A DNA stretch of 64,000 nucleotides from an uncultured Myxococcales bacterium (GCA_964013405.1 CAXGWI010000001.1:1-64000); one strand, 5' to 3'. Counted from the stretch's first letter, positions 12,001 through 18,770 are shown. The notes: generated from the sequence alone by a model not told the origin. A program made the numbers and translations.

Positions 12001-12902
12001 GGCGGCTGGTCCTCCTGGGTGGATCCCAACTGCTCGTCGCCCTCGAGACCGAAGAAGGCGAACTCCCCTTCGGCATCCTCGGCCACGGTGAAGCCAGCGA
12101 TGTCGTAATTGATCAGACCACTGCCACTGTCGTCATCGTCGAGAAGCACGAAACCATCGTAGAGGGAGATGTTTCGGCGAATACGTACGTTGGGGTGACT
12201 CCAGATGATGACGAGGGACCAGCCAGCGTACATGGCCTGGCAAGCGATCTGCTGCGCCGCAGGAATCCGGTTCCGATTAAACACGTCAATCCAACAGCCC
12301 CCCTGCCCCAGGGTCAGCCCCGGTGTGCCGTCAACGCCATCGGGCCAGCCCGGAAGGGCATCCAGAGCGTCCACGCCGTAGGCACCGTTGTAGTTGGGTG
12401 CGAGCGTCTGCAAGAGATGGGTGACATCCCGCCGACAGTAAAAGGAGGTCAAATCGGCAGTGAGGGTCTGCCCCCCCTGAAATGCGGCCCTTTGCCATCG
12501 TTTCGTCCGCTCGATGCAACCACTGTTCTCGAGCGCTCCTGCCGGCTCACCCGGCTGAAGGTTACGAATATCGAGATCTCTGATGGTCGTGCCGTTGGGC
12601 AGGGTGAAATGAACGTTCGGATCGGGACCATTCTCGTTGGCCGTCCCGGACCAGAACAAAAAGGCAGACTCAATCGTCGCCCCTTGGGGGATTCGGGTCA
12701 CGTCCCCCCGGGAACGCCCCTCGCTGGCCAGGGCCGTGTTGACGGTGCCGTAGTGGACCATGGAGGTATTCCCGGTCACTTCTCGATTACCGAAGACGGA
12801 GTACTGGCGCTCGAACTCAGGATACTCGCCGACTACAATCGCCCATGCGGGCGATGCCGACAGCAAAAGCGCAATAATCGTAACGAAGCCTCGAAAGCTC
12901 AT
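1..12902 (-). CDS. Giant (>=4300 aa, 3'-partial) secreted/outer-membrane protein: signal peptide, DUF3344-like N-domain, DUF11/Ig-like repeats, SdrD-B-like domain, two OmpA-like domains, C-terminal beta-barrel
   Basis: Manual translation from ATG at 12902 gives MSFRGFVTIIALLLSASPAWA-IVVG... The frame is still open at the edge (...QRFDYHLTRWLRSKRTIGLPGDVDIMVEYRALGNMTL). None of the minus-strand ORFs the track lists in 1-12900 is in this frame, consistent with no in-frame stop. Motifs: repeated PGDxxxYxxxVxNxG; CDADGNGRFDARELGVPGIRLY...ETDGYGRYHF; two NRRVE OmpA motifs (~4500 and ~3430; GHTD at ~3625). Confidence 0.9.
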   Translation of the reverse strand, partial: MSFRGFVTIIALLLSASPAWAIVVGEYPEFERQYSVFGNREVTGNTSMVHYGTVNTALASEGRSRGDVTRIPQGATIESAFLFWSGTANENGPDPNVHFTLPNGTTIRDLDIRNLQPGEPAGALENSGCIERTKRWQRAAFQGGQTLTADLTSFYCRRDVTHLLQTLAPNYNGAYGVDALDALPGWPDGVDGTPGLTLGQGGCWIDVFNRNRIPAAQQIACQAMYAGWSLVIIWSHPNVRIRRNISLYDGFVLLDDDDSGSGLINYDIAGFTVAEDAEGEFAFFGLEGDEQLGSTQEDQPPPLFCDVCPDFIEMTVGNRAPVQLFNGGNPVGNLWNGSTPGGASPGVDLDTYDIGASGLQIIRENDQSARLRAGTGDGRAGGATGGGELVFLGWSALSLDTYAPDLNNPQTRKSVFPTEAGPGQTLLYRIEVVNDGSADATNLVIRDIVPTGTTYRAGTTRTDCGADASDVGGTTRLETGLTIANLPFQPPGLARCVISFEVTVDGDARPGDRIRNTANIASAEQAAFNTNTAETRILGPELGTPLKRVRNPAGGAYQPGQMIEYTIEVVNDGQTNASGITVTDQLPPGLTFSFANPAPTNFDGATGTLTWTDVAVEGRSVTPLLIYAVIAELPGGTVVTNQAELTADFLGAPSLTDDPDTPAPLDGTTFVIVNGEDFTTSTKTVAVEGGGAVVPGAVLNWEISLTNTGNRPGSVSLSDPVPAVAADSCLLRGTGPGLQADCSADGVLTVTGNVPPGQTRTVSFSTVLQDVPDGTELRNIAYLAREDQDDLSIAANTLVVARGGLLAGQWAAEDVDGAPLGSEDELALTLTLENVGGANAQQVGVSLPLDDDVEFIAAGDGGQLQGNRVVWSGLGDLAAGETRVVTLRVRTRPERAIGTTITLTAQLSGANIPLTNSETLELTIDAPGLLAVDKAVEDLNGGDYRPGDVVRYALTIRNEGEVLVRNLVLTDPIPDGLLNANANGGGQLADGVITWNEAANPAFGSLGPGQSIEVEFIARLASPMEDGREIENQARLISQDAPAVLSNDPATDLPDDPTRFIVESETTLLVEKVDEAVGDGAYAPGTAVTYTLRLRSGGSQRALGLEVSDTVPDSLTITSASLNGQIQGRTVTWTQAQVPALAAMNPGDEVLLSVTATIDPRAINGDVVANQARVVGQTLPEAVLSNDPDTAAADDPTEFIVGGSPELAFTKQVTEDVEDGVFRIGETVRYTLTVRNLGSVDARQVEITDPLSEHLVDVEVLNDWAVVRDGLLEGTLPLIEHGRSVDLAFTAVIAPAPDGTEVSNVALLRALGAEDAQVSDDPTLPGDADPTVFTITAEEGVRLVKTALGLDGQALGPEDRILPGANLTYALALSNTGQVIARNVTVVDNVPVELNEPTPEAGSGGLVDGQQLTWNISELAAGETVNLRFSATVAGLLAEGTEISNQGSARLANEVTLSDDGDPDNGESNPTIVIVGRAPQPDPVVTKTVEPRAAQRGDRVTWTVLVENQGDGPLQDALLEDSISTALAVDSVEGGVFGGGVASAAISLAPGERHEMVIVTRILDSAPQEITNQAGLTLGPELRLSDDPDQPGQQDETLLTVEAAPFDLWLEKTVEDVNGGNVEAGDTLRYQLFVNNRGTEPVSELTLSDLLDGKLQLVAGSLVFDGGVLPADGEAQLFTANGVLLPGTLAAGEIWTLTFEATVDGGAAAGDQIANQAGLQHDDLGQVLLSDDPRLPGGPQATVVEVGRSGTIQVVKTVSPTEAVLGDEVTWTLELLSTLNGGAVLRLEDVLPAGVEYVTESLSLDGQALTDAVDFDPASVTGGTILVQSDIDADIRRAVLTFRTRVTSLGGTVENQATFAVDGVEGRSDGDPTQPGQNPTVLTVGQAPFDLSSSEKRAVDVNGGRLEPGDRIRYELQLTNTGGQEALLAPGQLIDPLPEGTTYVESSAEPEGLLSHLDGELTSRDLLTIPAGQTVSIRFEVQLDDDLPAGTAISNTALVLAGGAPIEVGPAELVVGEIPPGASVQGQVASRLAALEGWTVRVRSLTESGGLVETETDEEGRYRVDGVPGATAMLEVLNPQGTTFLERQLDGLTDGELRAEDCLIDPSGVLYDSVTGRPVAGATVSLLYDISGAPVFEEDLLAGQQHQVTGADGFYRFDLRDPKLEYRLAVQPPNGFLSFPSRERLPEGGSPSRPFGTFSHMSSPEADRFPPHPTIPGRMVISSPVPYDDQEVASADRPAGCEGPGNCRWDDGDVPLDPVPYFLRFLIEGADDAVFNNHVPLDPISKRIKVTRRPDRRRASTGDIVTFMVEVSNGSSTAIDPNLDGGPRLLDILPPSLAPVGGEALVIHGVDGSDRRLSAPVATLTGGIRELTDWVLLPGERLTWTYRATVLPGAPLGPSDSSNRLLTRSSAVPLADLAHAQIELVPDAFLEESTLIGRAYCDADGNGRFDARELGVPGIRLYADHGVWVETDGYGRYHFSRLGPGIHRVKIDERSLPAGASIADPGRTFELTPGLPIAVDFPLACDLKLHGPEELARNPMADVRRAPPPPMTIPPLAVVADPAEGVLMVQERVLEVPQVRAGVFGPAEDVDMMRTTGPNLGFHETTLHLYARASGPLPMARWTWRLQTETGRTVLEKSGDGAPPAKLVVDLPDGLKRNQMYQAWLEVEAVGGDRASSRLLPVGLGIGMEPPRKRRPSVLDESNGRLFVDDGATPTPRFRGWFQDRVSRLQGDPELVVEIQVHGQAAKGRVKATVYTARRAQTIKGMLLAAGIATKRFRVRSMGAKRKVVPNRTKAMMRKNRRVEIRFKRVRSAAEPVDLGVEVVPQLLINGREMARNAEGRFEGSLELGVGDQAVMDLITERGGRIRVARRRHLDGLEVLPQRARGLDGLAVSGRLRGLDRSLKVGAKELDLDLLSVRIRPLVRAVKLNADGTGLEPIKNADGSIACPGICVGVTTGYAPESWELRIRQASDVGFDKGLDEAVVIHALKGVGPVPKVLPWNGVGGGSVFILREGIYGLQLILRGKGGHTAISAPSFFRVYRPEGDFRVVLPDPFGKPSRKGKLGKLKLSPDARRDLERFIALSKVLQGNVTVFGHTDLTVRATKAEGVTKSMAESIRQELVRGGIEPGRIMVKAQGNSDRLILKARKASEHAKNRRVELRLSPEQIEALPDLPLGMAVARAPGGDLVADEEGSVEGRLLPGKSGKIVLRLEDGSGRSAVYPLRSETLASPAVEPMYPVLPVLEGSAQDMLATDAASLLVALPPAGTIHRHTSIGVFGRTLPNVKVTVNGKAATVHPLTGAFGINLNMKPGDQEIEVVAEDAGGSRARLSRKVRIEPHGWFLMGLADLAYGTPSVPLAGARGDRTLDMGRWGRLTARTMAWYKRSWTFPKTSHFRRLDLSTYVDSDRWGFLEYERLWDDGRQAREYGDDAKEVQEVKAAGPLYLSVVADDSYLKIANFKTKQPGRKLLNYQRSFYGFDGLYARSTGPKKEARRVEAGMYASTTAQGLRAASNLFVGTGGSFYRLRHGDLLAGSERVRMIVREQMTGLSLAERLLIRGKDYRVDAVEGLIILDQPLPATAGLGFASDLGVSTGDLGGHPVYLEVDYTYRGNANYGSLAAGGRIDGGNKKLGLKGGLSYHYEGREDGSSAFQAVGLFGQWSHKQHHGVSGEFAYSRALDGEHYASTDGGTSFHGLGEQLDHPPVETRGIVYPSPDAPRVGLAWRLEGHSQLGDKVGKKEKDALQFNAHVRQSTPGYYGGGSPLDQGQTRWGLRSAYKLNKLDTTTLSYVGSYSLVAEAAADDPLQLPDPALREYRRIHREAVTLRFQRKTKRWDAGGEYAYGYTSDSMNYAPLGVDAGNQWGSVHSSVLAGDGLYHINPRWSAGGAQKIILGGEHLRFNSDPNVEDDIWWRFGTTARVRYRLDKRFSLEGEEELRWNGDNQTRLSIVRRPAKGIDHYIQERFTQQSGQFFNSTVVGARERTTKTEQHRAELRVDHSVGEPRASAVIGTRRMYRPLPGLDVNLAYERTQVLSGGAALTSSAGAQLLPGNEGSDPRNLAGRPAGSSNMIGQPTGPEAGTNLLQSGMNGWGLGPATGSRDALAVSAGYKRKDRISLKARSELRFDVPSARLKGGEIAGTTEPHLQDRLTHFNEISGRLKISPDLAVLGRFALNVVRNLNDGQREQHSEEFSVGVALRPQYTDRYRGLLRLTRRADKRLGGWWSEQNLLSIEPVFETPFFLQITDKLALKLAVESDDLLGATHSTTALFVQRFDYHLTRWLRSKRTIGLPGDVDIMVEYRALGNMTL
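6860..11690 (-). repeat. About 12 tandem, divergent ~130-145 aa DUF11/Ig-like protein repeats within the giant CDS
   Basis: Units begin with K-x-V (RKSV, LKRV, TKTV, DKAV, TKQV, EKTV, VKTV), carry PG[D/Q]xxxYxLxxxNxG and end with NQA/NTA, often followed by S[D/N]DP...PT. A further unit lies at ~5620-6050. The repeat is visible at protein level only; boundaries are approximate. Confidence 0.8.
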
Positions 12903-13059
12903 AGATCGGGGAGCCCCTAAAGCGGGCGATACCCTCCGTGTGACCGCAAACGCAACCTAGCCTGTCACCATGGTTGACGCCAGTCTTTGACCATTCCTTA
13001 TCATGGGTCCTCGCGCCTGGGCGAGGATCGCACGATGGCTCGGCCTTTTCGAAACAGCC

Positions 13060-14994
13060 TTAATCTCGAAGGGGCGCCACACCCAACTGAGCCACTCGGC
13101 TGGGATTGAGCGAAGGCGTATCCTGGCCTTGCTGAATTCCCGTCAGTCCGCCTCGTCCACCGGTGGCGAGAAGCACATCCCCGGGCAGATGAGTCAGGCG
13201 AAAGTCAGAACGGCCTGAACTGTTGCGATCGCCAGAGAAGCGAAACGACTTTGGCACCTGGCAAAAGACCGTTGGCTCGACCTCGCAGACCTCGAAAGCC
13301 ACACCCGCTTCGTGGGTGACCTCATATTCGGTGTCTCTTAGGTGTTTGCGACCGAGTCCGCCTCCAATGACCACTCGACCGTCTTCAAGTGCAACGGCTT
13401 GGTGCCAAACTCGGCCGGCCAAGTCGTTGGGGAGAAAGTCGCTACTGGCCGGATCCGTCTCCCGGGCATTACCGACCTCGAAGGCTGACTCAGTCCCCAG
13501 GTCGACCACCTGAACCGTATGCGTCATGCTCTGGATCAAGTTCTCCTTCGCCACGCCGCTACCGGGAATGCGGAGCCGCAACCACTCTAGGTTACAGAAG
13601 TTCGGACTGGAGAGACCATCGCAGGAGAGACCGGCCGATGAGAGATCTGGAAAGCTCGTAAAGCCACCGTAAACCAACACTCGACCGTTCACATCGGTGG
13701 CCGTGTGCCCAAAGACCGGGACCGGCAGCGTCGCATACTCGGATACGATGATATCACTCGGCGGGCCGTTGAGGTTGCTGATCTCTTCAACCGCCGCGAT
13801 GGGGCCCGTCGTATCGTAGCCGCCGATGATCAATGCCTTACCACCGGACTGGTTAGGGCGCTTGACCAACTTGCCACCGGCCCGAGGACGGTTGAGGAAG
13901 GAACTCGCCGGCGTAAACTCGCCGCTGTGTCGATCAGCCCCCAACTCAAACACCACGATTGTCGGCGCAGTGTTGCCTTCAACACCCACCAAATCTGGAT
14001 CCAGGCTCGGTAAGCCGGGGCCATTCAACTTGAAGATGCCGCCGGCGAGCAGCGCTTTACGATCATTGATCGCCATGGCGCTGTGGTGCACCCGCGCATA
14101 TCGAGCGTTGGTGCCCATGGCGATGGCGTTGGTCCAGGGGCTCGGTGCCTCGTCCTCCTTGAAGGACTTATAGAGGGTAGCGCTAAAGAGGTAGGCGGTC
14201 CCAAGGACCTCCTCGGCCCCTTCCGTGTTGCGAAGTCGCCGACCACCGGCGATCAGGACGATGTCATCGCCGAGCAACGTCGCACTATGGAAAGCCCGCG
14301 CGGGGGGCGGCGGCACAGGCAATTCCTCGAAGAGCCCCGTACCGGGATCGAAGAGTTCTGCAGTCACCAAATCGGTGACACCAATCCCCTCGCCCGGCTG
14401 GCGCCGGCAGGTCTCTCCAGAATCGCAGGTGGTCCGACCGCCCACCAAGAGGACCTTGCCAAGGGCTGGGATGTACGTGGCCGTGTGCCCATAGCGGTCC
14501 GCGACCATCTGAGAGCAGACCTCGCCAGCATTCACCAAATCAAAGGATCGTTTTAGATCAGTCGTTGGCGAAAACCGTCCCACCTGCATGAGCGGCAGAA
14601 AGACTTGCCGATCGCTGTTGTCATCGTCGCTAAACGACAGATGCCCGGAAGCACCATAACCGAGAATAGAGCTCGCTTCGAAAGGAGGCTGGGGGCTCTC
14701 CGATCCGTACCATCGAACGACAAAGGGGCTATCGAGCGCCCCCTCGCTGGTCATGTAGGTTGGGACACCTTCGAGGCTGATTTGGCCCGTCGTGTAATCG
14801 CCACTGTCGGCATAGCGCTGCTCGTCCAACTCCGCATTACGACCCGTGGGGTCCTCAACGACCACTCGGACCGTCTGAATGTGCTGCGTGAACGAACGAT
14901 TCTTGCACATCTGGGCGACGCGAACATCGATCTGTCGACTGTTTGAACAAGCCCCCACTGCAAGGGCAAGCATGAGAAGTCCTAGGCGGTTCAT
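13060..14994 (-). CDS. Kelch-repeat (beta-propeller) lipoprotein
   Basis: MNRLGLLMLALAVGAC lipobox. Repeats RYGHTAT..LLVGG, RAFHSAT..LIAGG, RVHHSA..LLAGG, FGHTAT..LVYGG, RVWHQA..VIGGG. Start placed at the ATGA overlap with the upstream stop. Confidence 0.85.
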   Translation of the reverse strand: MNRLGLLMLALAVGACSNSRQIDVRVAQMCKNRSFTQHIQTVRVVVEDPTGRNAELDEQRYADSGDYTTGQISLEGVPTYMTSEGALDSPFVVRWYGSESPQPPFEASSILGYGASGHLSFSDDDNSDRQVFLPLMQVGRFSPTTDLKRSFDLVNAGEVCSQMVADRYGHTATYIPALGKVLLVGGRTTCDSGETCRRQPGEGIGVTDLVTAELFDPGTGLFEELPVPPPPARAFHSATLLGDDIVLIAGGRRLRNTEGAEEVLGTAYLFSATLYKSFKEDEAPSPWTNAIAMGTNARYARVHHSAMAINDRKALLAGGIFKLNGPGLPSLDPDLVGVEGNTAPTIVVFELGADRHSGEFTPASSFLNRPRAGGKLVKRPNQSGGKALIIGGYDTTGPIAAVEEISNLNGPPSDIIVSEYATLPVPVFGHTATDVNGRVLVYGGFTSFPDLSSAGLSCDGLSSPNFCNLEWLRLRIPGSGVAKENLIQSMTHTVQVVDLGTESAFEVGNARETDPASSDFLPNDLAGRVWHQAVALEDGRVVIGGGLGRKHLRDTEYEVTHEAGVAFEVCEVEPTVFCQVPKSFRFSGDRNSSGRSDFRLTHLPGDVLLATGGRGGLTGIQQGQDTPSLNPSRVAQLGVAPLRD

Positions 14995-16901
14995 TGCGTA
15001 TTCCAAGTCACGCCGACGTTCACCTCGGCCGGTGCGCCGGTCAGCTGTTGATAGGCGAAATAGCCCCCGCCAATCGCCAAAACACTGGCCGCGCCAATCC
15101 CGCCGACCATGCCCCAGTTCACCCGACCGCGCCGGCGGCGCAGTCGACGCCGTGGGCCATCGTCGCCGGACCAGGTCCGAGCAGCCTCTCTCGGCCGATC
15201 TCGGTCTCGCTTCGACCGACGGTCATCACCACGATCTCCGCCCGCCGCCCGATCATCGTCACGGTCGTCGCTTCGACGGGCTGAGCCACGCCGGTCGTCT
15301 CGGTCTTGGTCATCATCCCAATCGCGATCGCGGTCACGGTCACCCCGACGCCGACGATCATCGTTGTCAGCTCGGTCCCAGTCGTCACCCCGGTCACGGT
15401 CGGAGCGGCCGCGACGGTCATCTCGGTCCCGTCGACTGCGACGGTCATCGCGGCGAATCGGCCCCGAACGGCGATCTTCATCCTGGACATCGCGCCGTGC
15501 ACTGCGGCGGTCACGCGCTTCACGATCACGCTTTTTACGGTCCTCGAACATCCGTTTGCGCTCTTGGTCACGCTTCCTGGCTCGTTCTTCGGCTTCCCGC
15601 TTGCGGTCCTCCGCCGTACGGCGCTGCAAGGGTCCCCGGTCACGAGAAGCACGACGGGAAGGGCCCGCTCGACCGCTACCGGCCGCCCAAGCCAGATCCC
15701 GCAGCGGCAGGTTGGCGCGCTTTAGGTCTGGGATCATCGTCAGATCAGCCTTCAGACTCTTGCCATCGAAGCGCTCGTTTAAAGCCTTCAATGTGTCCGC
15801 AAAGCCAAACATCTCGGTGCCGGTGGTCAAGAAGTCTGTATCGAAGTTCATGGGCTTGAACTGGTGGACTCGGCCCCGATTGTCGAAAGCGATCAGGCGC
15901 ACACGGATCGCCGCACCCTCCTTGGCGACGACACCAAAAATGCCGACCTTGGCACCCTTGCCCATGGCCGAAAGCAACTTAGCTGCAGAGCCAACACCGC
16001 CTGTGGTGAGTTGATTATCCCGCAGGGCCTGCACCATCTCACCCTTACGAGCGCCTCCAAGTTTCGCACTCAGACTGGCCCGAACTTCAGCAGCCTCACT
16101 GCCGACTTTTACCACCTTGCCCCAGGACTTCAGGCCGGCCTTGGTCACACCGACCACATGGTCGCCAGGCGGCATCTCCTTGATCCGAACCGGCGCCTCG
16201 CCCAAGGCTCGGCCGTTCACGTAGACCTGAGCATGGGGCTCGTCGGCTCGAATGATTAATTCGCCGGCGACTCGACGGCGACGACGACCATCCGCATCTG
16301 CCATCGCCTCCTCAAAGGCCGTGGAAAGCTGGGCATCCCCCTGGGAGGCCGCGGCTCCGTCACACTGGGCCGACAACTTATCTAGAATCTTCTCTGCTCG
16401 ACCTGCGTTGCCACGGCGCAAATCAGCTTCTGCCACCAGGGCGAGGCTTCGACACAGCAACTTGGGCTCCCGCAGATGTTCACCATTCTGAAGGATCTGA
16501 CGAATGACTTTCGATGCGTGCTTCTTGGCCATCCGGAAGCGAAGTTTTTGGGTGTACTGCTCAGCTCGTCGCAGGTCTCGCGCCCATACTTTCGCCAGCC
16601 GAGCCGACGGATCTTGGAAGGGCTTAGCATCCACCCGTAAGTCGTAGCTTTGCAGATCAAAACCAGCCTGGCGAAACTCCGAGGCAACATTCTTGTAGGT
16701 TTCGGCAACCAACTCCGCTTTAGCCATCTTCCAAACGGGCTGGAACGGAATGACGAAAACAGGGACCTTTGGCTTCTTCGCCTCTTTGTTGCCCTCCGAG
16801 AGGAGATCATCGACGTCAACAGCCCATGCGGGAGCCGCGGCGAGCGTCGAAAATGCGAGCACGAAGCCAAAAGCGTGTCTTTTCAAACTGTTTCCGTTCA
16901 T
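14991..16901 (-). CDS. PEGA-domain protein with TPR-like helices, an Arg/Asp-rich low-complexity region and a C-terminal hydrophobic segment
   Basis: Signal-like FGFVLAFSTLAAAPAWA; PEGA motif AQVYVNGRALGEAPVRIKEMPPGDHVVGVTKAG; C-terminal WGMVGGIGAASVLAIGGGYFAY. Start uncertain (16901 or 16943). Confidence 0.8.
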   Translation of the reverse strand: MNGNSLKRHAFGFVLAFSTLAAAPAWAVDVDDLLSEGNKEAKKPKVPVFVIPFQPVWKMAKAELVAETYKNVASEFRQAGFDLQSYDLRVDAKPFQDPSARLAKVWARDLRRAEQYTQKLRFRMAKKHASKVIRQILQNGEHLREPKLLCRSLALVAEADLRRGNAGRAEKILDKLSAQCDGAAASQGDAQLSTAFEEAMADADGRRRRRVAGELIIRADEPHAQVYVNGRALGEAPVRIKEMPPGDHVVGVTKAGLKSWGKVVKVGSEAAEVRASLSAKLGGARKGEMVQALRDNQLTTGGVGSAAKLLSAMGKGAKVGIFGVVAKEGAAIRVRLIAFDNRGRVHQFKPMNFDTDFLTTGTEMFGFADTLKALNERFDGKSLKADLTMIPDLKRANLPLRDLAWAAGSGRAGPSRRASRDRGPLQRRTAEDRKREAEERARKRDQERKRMFEDRKKRDREARDRRSARRDVQDEDRRSGPIRRDDRRSRRDRDDRRGRSDRDRGDDWDRADNDDRRRRGDRDRDRDWDDDQDRDDRRGSARRSDDRDDDRAAGGDRGDDRRSKRDRDRPREAARTWSGDDGPRRRLRRRRGRVNWGMVGGIGAASVLAIGGGYFAYQQLTGAPAEVNVGVTWNTQ

Positions 16902-16961
16902 CTCAAGGAGGGGTCGACCCCTCCGGGCGGGGCCGGTTAGCATGGGGCAGGTAGCCTTTCA

Positions 16962-18770
16962 ATGACCCTGTTCGGACAGCTTTCCATATTACGTCGACTC
17001 CTGCTCGCCTATTTCCTCCTTATCGCGGTCGTCGGTGTCGTCACATCGGTCGCCAGTCTGAGGATTTGGAATTCGACCACCCAGATGGTCCTCACCGGCG
17101 ATGGCCTGCTTCCATTGGCCGATGCGCTTGGTGAGTTAAAGGCTCTTAGTGCGGCGACAAACAGCTATCTTGGCGCGCGAGCTGCGGCGGGCGCCCAGGC
17201 TGAAGAACTGACCCGCTACGGCGGCGCCTTAAAGACCCGGGCCCAACACCTAGAGAAGCACCGACAAAAGCTCATCGACCGGTGGTCCGATCAAGGTTTC
17301 ATCCCAGCGATTACCGACAGTCTAGCGGGCTTGATTCAAGCCCTTGAGGACTTGCCGAACAATCCTGACGAAGAAACCCTCACCACCGGCTTACGGCGGG
17401 TCGACGAACAGACACAGCGAACGCTGGTGCTCACTCGGGCCCGGCTGACCCAATTTACCCGGCGTGCGGAGCAGGTTCGATCCGGCGAACTGAGGCTACT
17501 CATCGGCTTAGCCGTCGCCGGCGTGCTCGCAGTGATCCTGCTCTCCTTCGCGATGATCGCTCCCTTTCGTCGCCTCCAACTGCTCCGCCGGGCCGTGCAT
17601 GACCTAGAGCGGGGCAGACCCGTCCCCGAACTCGATGGTGGGCAGGATGAGATCGGCCGGGTGCTTCAGGCTTTCAACCGGATGGTCGAGGCCATCCGTA
17701 AACGAGAGGCTGCCCTCGGTGATGAGCGGAGCCAGGCCCGAGCACTCCAGAGAGAAGCAGATAACCTTGTCGAATCCATGCCCCTCGCCATCGTCCTCGC
17801 CGATGGCACCGGTCGGGTACGGCGACTCAATCGGGCAGCTCGGAGCCTCTTTGGGTCGCGCCCTCAAGACATGGTTGGTAAGAGCCTGAGCGAAGCGCCC
17901 ATCGGCCCCCTCCTGCCCGGCGGCGAAGCCCGACTCCAGCGTATCCTCGCCGGCGAGGAAACCTGGGTCATGGAAGAAGTCGACCATGGCACCAACCAAA
18001 CCCTAACGGTTCACCTGATCCCCCTCGAGGACCGGGGCGACCGGGTGCTAACGGCCAAAGTAAAAGGCGCCATTCTGGTGATCGAGGATGTCAGTCGACG
18101 AGTCCAAGCAGAGCAAGGTCTGCGCCGTCATGAACGCCATGCCGCGATGGGCCGAGTCGCCGCCCGCGTGGTTCACGAAGTCCGTAACCCACTGTCGACC
18201 ATTGGCTTGGCTGCTCGGATGTTGAGCGATGATCTTCCGACCGATGCAGACCCGGAAGGCTGGCTTGCCCAGATCCGTTCCGAGGCGGAACGACTTGAAA
18301 GGGTAACAGACGCTTACTTGCGCTTGGCCCGACTCCCGGACCCCCAGCCCAGCACCATCGATCTTGGCCCCTTTGTCGCCGAGATGATCGCCTTCCTTAA
18401 CGATCCGAGAGTCGAGCACCAAGTGGATGATGGTCTCCAAGTACTCGCCGACGCCGACGGACTCAAAGGCGTCCTTATGAATCTGATCCAGAATGCTCAG
18501 CAGGCGCTAGGCGAAGGCGAGGGTGGCATTCGAGTTCGAGGCGAGCGCAAGGGCGACCGAGCGATCCTCACCATCGCCGATGATGGCCCAGGCCTTCCAG
18601 ACGCGGTGCTCAAACAACTCGGCGAACCCTTCGTCGATGGCCGACCATCGGGAACGGGCCTCGGCATTGCGCTCGCCATGGAGATCCTGTCCAACCAAGA
18701 CGGGCATTTAACCATCGAAAACGGCGAGCATGGCGGCGCACGCTGCCAAGTGAACCTACCCCAAGCCTAA
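16962..18770 (+). CDS. Membrane sensor histidine kinase (HAMP, PAS, HisKA, HATPase)
   Basis: Two TM segments; HAMP DEIGRVLQAFNRM; H-box VVHEVRNPL; N-box NLIQNA; DDGPG; GTGLG. Confidence 0.93.
   Translation: MTLFGQLSILRRLLLAYFLLIAVVGVVTSVASLRIWNSTTQMVLTGDGLLPLADALGELKALSAATNSYLGARAAAGAQAEELTRYGGALKTRAQHLEKHRQKLIDRWSDQGFIPAITDSLAGLIQALEDLPNNPDEETLTTGLRRVDEQTQRTLVLTRARLTQFTRRAEQVRSGELRLLIGLAVAGVLAVILLSFAMIAPFRRLQLLRRAVHDLERGRPVPELDGGQDEIGRVLQAFNRMVEAIRKREAALGDERSQARALQREADNLVESMPLAIVLADGTGRVRRLNRAARSLFGSRPQDMVGKSLSEAPIGPLLPGGEARLQRILAGEETWVMEEVDHGTNQTLTVHLIPLEDRGDRVLTAKVKGAILVIEDVSRRVQAEQGLRRHERHAAMGRVAARVVHEVRNPLSTIGLAARMLSDDLPTDADPEGWLAQIRSEAERLERVTDAYLRLARLPDPQPSTIDLGPFVAEMIAFLNDPRVEHQVDDGLQVLADADGLKGVLMNLIQNAQQALGEGEGGIRVRGERKGDRAILTIADDGPGLPDAVLKQLGEPFVDGRPSGTGLGIALAMEILSNQDGHLTIENGEHGGARCQVNLPQA

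Noticed and set aside
12471..12477. G7 run (coding strand) near the 5' end of the giant gene as a phase-variation site
   Set aside because: The frame is intact across it, and 7-nt G/C runs occur elsewhere in this GC-rich window.
127..12960. Dozens of short track ORFs on both strands
   Set aside because: They are antisense or off-frame shadows of the single giant minus-strand CDS and have no motifs of their own.
14879..16014. Long plus-strand Arg/Ser-rich ORFs (14879..15859, 15109..16014)
   Set aside because: Antisense products of the RD-rich tract in the PEGA gene.
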